Below are positions 58,045 to 64,000 of a stretch of 64,000 nucleotides of DNA, in pieces. Under the pieces are notes generated by a model. That model did not search any database. It had not been told where the DNA came from and was given only the letters and a program-made list of their open reading frames with translations. Source of the DNA: Bdellovibrionota bacterium (lineage in GTDB: Bacteria > Bdellovibrionota > UBA1018 > UBA923); the NCBI GenBank assembly GCA_040754655.1, contig JBFMCE010000001.1:1-64000 (forward strand), given 5' to 3'. Numbering within the stretch: the first letter of the stretch is position 1; each line of letters starts with the position of its first letter. Both the position numbers and the translations under genes were made by a program.

Positions 58045-58491
58045 ATGCAACAGCCAAATCTCATCTTCAATTGGCCCGCTATCGGGGTAGCCATAGTCAC
58101 TGCATTCATATTTGGGGGCCTTTGGTACGGCCCCATTCTTGGAAAGAAATGGGCCAAGCTCATGGGCATGTCCATGGAGGATTGCAAACCTGATCCCAAG
58201 GGAATGCGCAAGATGCTCGCGATTCAACTCTTCGGTACATTTCTCACGACGTATGTGCTTGCGCATAGTGTCCAGGTTTGGCGGCCCTCAGTTTGGGGGG
58301 TAGGCGCGGATGGATCGGATGCGATGTACGGTTTTTTCTGCGGCCTTTTCACGTGGCTTGGATTCTACATCCCGCTTCAGCTTGGTAAGGTCGCTTGGGA
58401 GCAACGTCCTTGGACACTCTTCTTGATCAATACAGGCCATGATTTCATCAATTTGCAGATTCTTTCACAGATCTTGGCGCACTGGCGCTAG
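58045..58491 (+). CDS. DUF1761-family membrane protein
   Basis: NW.AI.VA....F..GGLWYGP..GK.W, LFLIN.G. Confidence 0.85.
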   Translation: MQQPNLIFNWPAIGVAIVTAFIFGGLWYGPILGKKWAKLMGMSMEDCKPDPKGMRKMLAIQLFGTFLTTYVLAHSVQVWRPSVWGVGADGSDAMYGFFCGLFTWLGFYIPLQLGKVAWEQRPWTLFLINTGHDFINLQILSQILAHWR

Positions 58492-58523
58492 GTTTGATCT
58501 TCGTTCATTAAAAGCCTTGAATT

Positions 58524-59908
58524 ATGGTTTTAGCGGATAAAAAAAATTCTTTGCAACGGTACGCCGCTCCCTGCGAGGCGAGCACGGCGCTCTCACCGAA
58601 GGCCCGATTTCTGACGCAGTCATCTTGCTAGCAATTCCGATGATCTTGGAACTGAGTCTCGAAGGGGTTTTTGCCGTAGTCGACATGTTCTTCGTAAGCA
58701 GGCTTGGTCCCAATGCTATTGCTACCGTCGGATTGACCGAGTCGGTCGCGACGCTCATCTATTCGATCGCCATCGGCTTGAGCACCGGCGCAACAGCGAT
58801 CGTCGCTAGGCGCATCGGAGAGAAAGATCCAGAGGCGGCTGCTCACGCAGGTGCTCAATCGCTTATTTTATCTTTCGTAGTCTCGGTCATTCTTGGAGTT
58901 CTAGGTGTTGTCTTTGCGGCGGATATCTTGCGCGCCATGGGTGCGGCGCCTGATGTGGTGCAAGAGGGAGCGGTGTTTGCTCGGGTGATGCTCGGCGCGA
59001 GTCCCGCCATTGTCCTCCTCTTTTTGATCAATGGAGTGTTTCGAGGCGCTGGCGACGCGGCGATGGCCATGCGAAGCCTTTGGCTTGCCAGCGGCGTCAA
59101 TATTGTGCTGTGCCCCGTGTTCATCCATCTCTTTGGCTTGAAGGGCGCTGCCATGGCGACAGTGGTAGGCCGAAGCTCTGGTGTGGCTTATCAGTGCTAT
59201 CACTTGTTTAAAGGCGGAAGTTTTCTGAGGGTTCGCGCGAGGCACTTCCGATTCGATTTCCCGATCATCAAGTCGATCGTGAAGATCGCATGGCCAGCGT
59301 CGGTGCAGTTTATTATTGGCAGCGGCAGTTGGATCATCCTCACGCGACTTGTCGCTGAAACCGGAGGTACTGCCGCTTCAGCGGGGTATCAAATCGCTTT
59401 TCGCAATTTCATCTTCTTCATCCTGCCTGCTTGGGGGTTGAGCAATGCCGCGGCGACGCTGGTTGGGCAAAACCTTGGCGCCAAACGGTTTGACAGGGCC
59501 GAGCAAAGCGTTGCGACAACAGCGAAATACAGCGCTGTGATGATGGGTTTTGTCACGCTGATCTTCGTGTTTTTCGCGCCGGTTTTGGTGCAGATCTTCA
59601 CCGAAGACGAGATGGTCGCTCAGTACGCGTTGCAGGCCACGCGCATGATTGGCATTGGTTTCATTTTTTATGGTGTCGGCATGGTCATGACACAAGCCTT
59701 GAATGGCGCCGGTGATACGCGTACCCCGACTCGGATCAACTTCATTTGTTTTTGGGTGTTTCAGACCCCATTTGCCTATTTCTTGGCCAAAAGTACGCCC
59801 TTGGGCGCTAAAGGCGCGATTGTAGCAATTCCCGCGGCCCATGCTTTGCTTGCTTCGGTCGCCTGGTACGTCTTCAAACAAGGACGATGGAAAACGGTGA
59901 AAGTATGA
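58524..59908 (+). CDS. MATE-family efflux transporter, 5' end frameshifted at an A8 run
   Basis: LTEGPI...ILLAIPMILE...AVVD.FFV..LG, RGAGD, GQNLGA, NGAGDT. The long frame is open from 58541 but has no start codon until TTG 58625; ATG 58524 is in another frame. Confidence 0.85.
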
Positions 59909-59991
59909 AGGCTTTCGGGAACGGGCTGTTTCGTCATGCTGGCTAAGATGGCTAAGGCTTCTGCCAGGACGCAGAGAAAGGTTGAGTTTTA

Positions 59992-60693
59992 GTGGCATTC
60001 GACGAGAAACTCGCAGATCGAATTCGGAGCCTCTTGGCAAAAGGGCATTCTAAAGAGTTCTCCGAAAAGAAAATGTTTGGTGGCCTCGCATTCATGCTGG
60101 GCGACAAGATGTGCGTCGGAGTTCTCGGTGACCAACTTGTCGCGCGCATCGGACCGGAACAAGCCGTTGGCGCACTGAAGCGGCCCAACGTGCGTCCTAT
60201 GGATTTTACAGGCCGACCGCTGAAGGGATATGTTTACGTCGGGCCTAAAGCCATTCGGACCAGCTTGACGCTCAAGCAATGGATCGATCGATCTATTTCA
60301 TTCGTGTCGACTCTTGAAAGTAAAAACCGCGGGAGCTTGCGGCGAAAGACTGTTTCTCAGGCCGAGTCCAAAGAAATAGCGCGAAGCACGCCGCTCTCTA
60401 AGATCATCAACTTCGGTCCCGCGACCCTTTCCGAGTTTCGCGCCATGGGCTTAACTACTTTTGGGCAACTAGAGGATCTCGGTTGGGAAGCCGTATGCCG
60501 AAAGTGGGTTGAGAACTTTCCAGAGAGATTAAACGTCAACGCATTCGTTGGGGTCATCGCGACCTTTGAGGGAATCTCTTGGACTAAGATCTCGCAGTCG
60601 GATCGAAGCAAGGCGCGCAGTCTAACGAACCAGTTGAGGCGTGAGTACGCTCTTCCTCCGGTACGGCCTTCCAAGAGGAAACGCAAAATCTAA
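59992..60693 (+). CDS. TfoX/Sxy-family protein (TfoX_N plus TfoX_C-like domains)
   Basis: EKKMFGGLAFM..DKMC.G, MDFTGRP.KG; C-terminal N.GP......F..MG......L..LGW. Confidence 0.75.
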   Translation: MAFDEKLADRIRSLLAKGHSKEFSEKKMFGGLAFMLGDKMCVGVLGDQLVARIGPEQAVGALKRPNVRPMDFTGRPLKGYVYVGPKAIRTSLTLKQWIDRSISFVSTLESKNRGSLRRKTVSQAESKEIARSTPLSKIINFGPATLSEFRAMGLTTFGQLEDLGWEAVCRKWVENFPERLNVNAFVGVIATFEGISWTKISQSDRSKARSLTNQLRREYALPPVRPSKRKRKI

Positions 60694-60790
60694 CTTCGTT
60701 TTGATGGCGGATTCGTCTCCTTTTTAACAAATTCAAGGCTTTAACCACAGGCTCAGTCAGAGCTCAGACAAGCTTTGATGTCACCCGTCG

Positions 60791-61697
60791 TCATTCTGGC
60801 CTTTGCTCGATGCGCTCTCGCGTGAATAAGTTCACGACTTGAGCTGCGACATCCGCTTCCGGAAGCACTTTCAGGACGTTTGTCGCTCCTTGAGTTTCGA
60901 TCCCGGCAAGCCGGATATAGCGTTGCATCGTCTCTAGGTCTTTCCAGCCACAAATCTTCATCACGACAGCCGGTGCGATGCTGCTCCGATTGTTGACGGA
61001 GATGACTTTGTTTTCAAAGTCGAGATCAGTCCAGAGAAGAGCGTAAAGTTCGCCACTTCTCATTCCTGTCAGTCGCGCCAGAGACCAGACGGGATACCAC
61101 TCATGATTCATTCTTCGAGCTTCTTGGAGAAGCTTTCGGATTTCACCCAGAGTCAGAATCTCCGGTTTCTTTTCTTCATCCCGGCCTAAGCTAATTCCAT
61201 GAGCCGGACTTCGATCCATTCCACCAACCAATCGGTTATCAATCCCGAACACGAAGATGCGGTTGATGATGACCTTGATCTTGTTTTGGTAACTGATCGA
61301 GGATGAATGCGCTTTGAGCTGATTGAGCACTTCAACAACATCGGCTCGGGTGATTTCGGCAGCTTGCCGCTTCCACCAGGGAGCGGTGTGTTTTTTGAGA
61401 GCACTCACATAGTCGGTGCGCGTTGTTTCGGCGAGAGCGTCATCTTTGTCTTTTGAAAAGATGCTTTTCCCACGCCTCAACGAGTGCGCCCCAACTTGAG
61501 CCTTGGTTTTCTCGTAAAGCGACTTCACGTTCACATTCCCGGATTAAACGGGTTTCTTCCCGTTTCGCTTCCCATTCAGATTTGATGGCGAACTTCGCCT
61601 TCTGAACCCGGATAGAACTGTTTTTATTGCTACGAACAGTTGCAGACGCTTTCCAAAGCGTCTCGCCCCTATTTGAAAGATACGACGTCACACTCAT
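60791..61697 (-). pseudogene. Tyrosine recombinase/integrase, frameshifted and internally deleted
   Basis: AAGGAGG RBS then N-terminal frame 61697-61440; frame change near 61455; TGMRSGEL and GW...TMQRY present but the HxxR region is absent. Confidence 0.85.
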
Positions 61698-61713
61698 GAA
61701 TTGCCTCCTTTGA

Positions 61714-61937
61714 TTAAAAAGCAGGCGTTAATAAGTTTTCGACGTCGCTCCGCAGGAACCGGAGCCGGTTGCCATAGTGGTAAGCTTTGAGCCTTCCACG
61801 CCAGACCAGATTCCTGATCTGACCAACCGAAGTCCGAAGTAAAAATGCAGCCTCTTTCGAGGTCAGCATTTGAGTTTGTCAAAGATCGTTGCTTCTGATG
61901 ATTCTTGATCCACAGACATATTAGTTTTCTGATTCAT
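61714..61937 (-). pseudogene. Excisionase-type HTH DNA-binding protein, 1-nt frameshift
   Basis: ATG 61937 gives MNQKTNMSVDQESSEATIFDKLK; the other frame (61869-61714) gives MLTSKEAAFLLRTSVGQIRNLVWRGRLKAYHYGNRLRFLRSDVENLL. Confidence 0.8.
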
Positions 61938-62041
61938 ATCACTCCCACTTTGAAAAACCACCCGCGTTTTGTCGTAGGGTGGGAGTCTTGTTTTCAGAAT
62001 CTATTGCTCCGCAGATCTGTCATCTGTAGGAGCATAGAACA

Positions 62042-62386
62042 TTACAACTGCTTGATATGGTACGCGACCATGAGCCCATGGATTTCTTGAAGATGCTCTC
62101 TGATGCGTTCAAGCATTGAAGGAACCACTTCAAGAGACTGGGTTTCTATACGTTTGGACACTTCTTCGATTTGAGATCGAACTGTATGCCATTGTGCCAA
62201 TAAAATTTTCTCATTTTGTTCACACATCAGATACCGACGAATCTCTCGCTTGAAGTACGCAGCTTTGAGAAGCTTTGGAATGCTGAGACGAAAAGCCTCT
62301 CGATCTTTCGTTACCCGATTCCATTCGTATTCGGAGAATTTCACGCAACAAGCGCGAAGATTAGTTGGTTTTTTTATGGATTCCAT
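62042..62386 (-). CDS. MobC-like ribbon-helix-helix relaxosome accessory protein (degenerate)
   Basis: N-terminal strand-helix-helix pattern VKFSEYEW.RV......RLSIPKLLK; size and position in the element. Confidence 0.5.
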   Translation of the reverse strand: MESIKKPTNLRACCVKFSEYEWNRVTKDREAFRLSIPKLLKAAYFKREIRRYLMCEQNEKILLAQWHTVRSQIEEVSKRIETQSLEVVPSMLERIREHLQEIHGLMVAYHIKQL

Positions 62387-62765
62387 TTAGATGCACCTTT
62401 CGTTTTCGAAGGGCGCATCCGCCGTTTTTTTGGTGGGATGGGCTTGGGTTTAAAAGGGGCCGCTGCTTGATCGCAGTAGGCCAAGATGGCCTCGAAGTTG
62501 CCCAATCTCTATTTCTTACGCAATATCTGGTATAAATTTTTGTTATTTATTTTAGTGAATCAATTTCTTCAAAATGGGTGTCGCATTTTCGGAATGGGTG
62601 TTGTCACATTTTTAATTACGAATTTGTTCACTCTTGAAAGTTGGTTTTAGACATAGTTTTAGGTTTTAGATCGAGGGAAGTTTAGAGCAGGCAGCAGGGG
62701 GTAGGCTATCTGGAGATATCCTTTACCCCGAAAGTCTCTGGTGGCTATCGCCCCCAGACCCCTAC

Positions 62766-63134
62766 CTAATCAATGTAAAAATCGTGTCGAATCTCTATTA
62801 CTCGATGCTTTGAATTAAACGAAATCCATCTCCGATCATAGGGCAAATTATCCGGATCTTGATCTGCGTAAACCCATAAACATCCTTCATTGTCGCAGCT
62901 TTTTCGAATAGGTTTGCCTACAATATCTTCTATGTTTTGCTCGTCCATCCCAAGTTGAGCTTTTGCAAATCCAGTCTCTGAAAATCTGTCAGCCCAAACA
63001 GTTCCAAGAAAAGGTGTAAGTAACGTGCGACAAAAAGCGTCTTTCCAATCATAGTGAAATCGAATCTTGTTGCTAACAAGAACGGTAGCAAATAGAAGGC
63101 AAAAGACCAATACAACTTGGGTTAACCGTTTCAT
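62766..63134 (-). CDS. Membrane-anchored protein with SmpA/BamE-like motif
   Basis: N-terminal TM; LGMDEQNIEDIVGKP...W.Y...I.F....V pattern. Confidence 0.55.
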   Translation of the reverse strand: MKRLTQVVLVFCLLFATVLVSNKIRFHYDWKDAFCRTLLTPFLGTVWADRFSETGFAKAQLGMDEQNIEDIVGKPIRKSCDNEGCLWVYADQDPDNLPYDRRWISFNSKHRVIEIRHDFYID

Positions 63135-63140
63135 TTGCTG

Positions 63141-63725
63141 TTACCCTTTTACTTCGAGATTATTGAAGATTTCTCGATCTCTTCTGGTTCGAATGTATGG
63201 TTTTCCTGTACTTGGAAACACAGGTCTTGCGTTAGCAACTTCGCCATTGCAAGTCATGCTCAAAGCAACATCCGGCTTTACCCATCCTACTTCGGTGATG
63301 TGGTATTTTGTAATTCTCTTCTTCTTATTCCTTTGAACATCATCGATTAACTTAATGGGAACAGCCCACTGCTTAGAATTTTCATAAATGACTTTTTTGC
63401 CTTTACCTGCAAACTCGGAGTCATTAGCGGGTGTTTTTTTAATAACAGAAACATTAAGGTCGTCTCCATTATCAAATATTTCCATCGTTGAGCCACTATA
63501 GATCTTCCACCAAGACTTGTGACCTTCGACAGGCTTTCCATCCACTCTACGAAATCCATCAGCATCGACATCTGGTGGCGTTCTAGTCATAGGAGGAAGT
63601 GGAAAGGCGACCGCTTTGTCACCAGTACCAACCACAACCCAGAGCGGTTTGGAAGAATAGTTATTGATGTGCCCTTTAAAGCCTAATTTGTGCCAGAGCT
63701 TTTTTAAAGTTTGATACGCGTCCAT
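63141..63725 (-). CDS. DUF3892-like domain protein
   Basis: C-terminal I..V......IT.Y....GKPYIRT..D....NNL motif; unknown N-domain. Confidence 0.6.
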   Translation of the reverse strand: MDAYQTLKKLWHKLGFKGHINNYSSKPLWVVVGTGDKAVAFPLPPMTRTPPDVDADGFRRVDGKPVEGHKSWWKIYSGSTMEIFDNGDDLNVSVIKKTPANDSEFAGKGKKVIYENSKQWAVPIKLIDDVQRNKKKRITKYHITEVGWVKPDVALSMTCNGEVANARPVFPSTGKPYIRTRRDREIFNNLEVKG

Positions 63726-63739
63726 TCAAATCTTCCACT

Positions 63740-64000
63740 CTACTGAAAATTAGTTTTTAGCTCAGAGACGACTGTTTGAATCAAAACATCATCTACTGCA
63801 TCTTTTTGAAACAAGATGCCAATTTGGTGTTTGCCAATCGCCCCTTTATGGTCGCTAAAAATGAGTTCTTTAATCCGCTGCTTTGACGTCGCGTTTTTAA
63901 CAATTGCCCTTGGGATAACCGCGATACCCACGCCTTCCAAAGCAAGCTCTCTCGCTGCTTCAAATGTATCTAGAGTGTAGATCAAGCTAGGTTGTATTTT
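63740..64000 (-). CDS. LysR-type substrate-binding domain, 3' part (starts outside the window)
   Basis: DTFEAARELALEGVGIAVIP pattern. Confidence 0.7.
   Translation of the reverse strand, partial: KIQPSLIYTLDTFEAARELALEGVGIAVIPRAIVKNATSKQRIKELIFSDHKGAIGKHQIGILFQKDAVDDVLIQTVVSELKTNFQ

Larger units (their letters stand above)
60791..64000 (-). mobile_element. Decayed integrative (possibly mobilisable) element or genomic island, continues past the window
   Basis: int, xis and mobC-like genes in tandem; structured non-coding region; visibly more AT-rich cargo beyond about 62500. Exact boundaries not identified. Confidence 0.7.

Noticed and set aside
59378..60040. 220-aa minus-strand ORF
   Set aside because: Antisense to the MATE gene; no protein-like motifs.
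60694..60790. tRNA or att site at the integrase end
   Set aside because: No cloverleaf or T-loop motif, and no second copy visible in the window to define att.
61694..61882. 62-aa ORF in the track upstream of the integrase
   Set aside because: Wrong frame; the overlapping frame 61869-61714 encodes the recognisable HTH.
1..64000. CRISPR array, rRNA, tRNA, IS transposase, reverse transcriptase
   Set aside because: No regularly spaced repeats or diagnostic motifs found by eye; a covariance-model scan was not possible.

Overview
Chromosomal window of a moderately GC-rich Gram-negative bacterium; the gene content (many orphan signal-peptide proteins and lipoproteins, integrase type) suggests Bdellovibrionota/Oligoflexia, which is inference only. 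From left to right it holds: (1) an ECF sigma/anti-sigma/Spy-CpxP unit with a visible ECF-type promoter; (2) an unusual operon of a membrane-sensor-fused trehalose-6-phosphate synthase (GT20), a small coiled-coil ORF, a winged-helix-like protein and two DUF5985-like membrane proteins, divergent from a LysR gene; (3) a block of exported orphans (beta-barrel, very large AlkP/NPP enzyme, Cys-rich coiled-coil lipoproteins, a signal-peptide Ser/Thr kinase); (4) a ferritin-like gene and an Rrf2-led suf operon with a palindromic operator; (5) glutamate dehydrogenase and an XRE/SDR/QueA-like trio; (6) metH followed by a short MetE-like protein; (7) LRR, 7TM-cyclase-like and CLec/FGE lipoprotein genes; (8) a compact kynurenine/2-aminomuconate tryptophan catabolic cluster lacking kynA; (9) transporters, including a MATE gene disconnected from its start codon at an A8 tract; (10) a decayed integrative element at the right end (broken integrase, frameshifted excisionase, MobC-like protein, oriT-like site, cargo). 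I found no rRNA, tRNA or CRISPR array. All calls come from reading motifs by eye; no database search was run.
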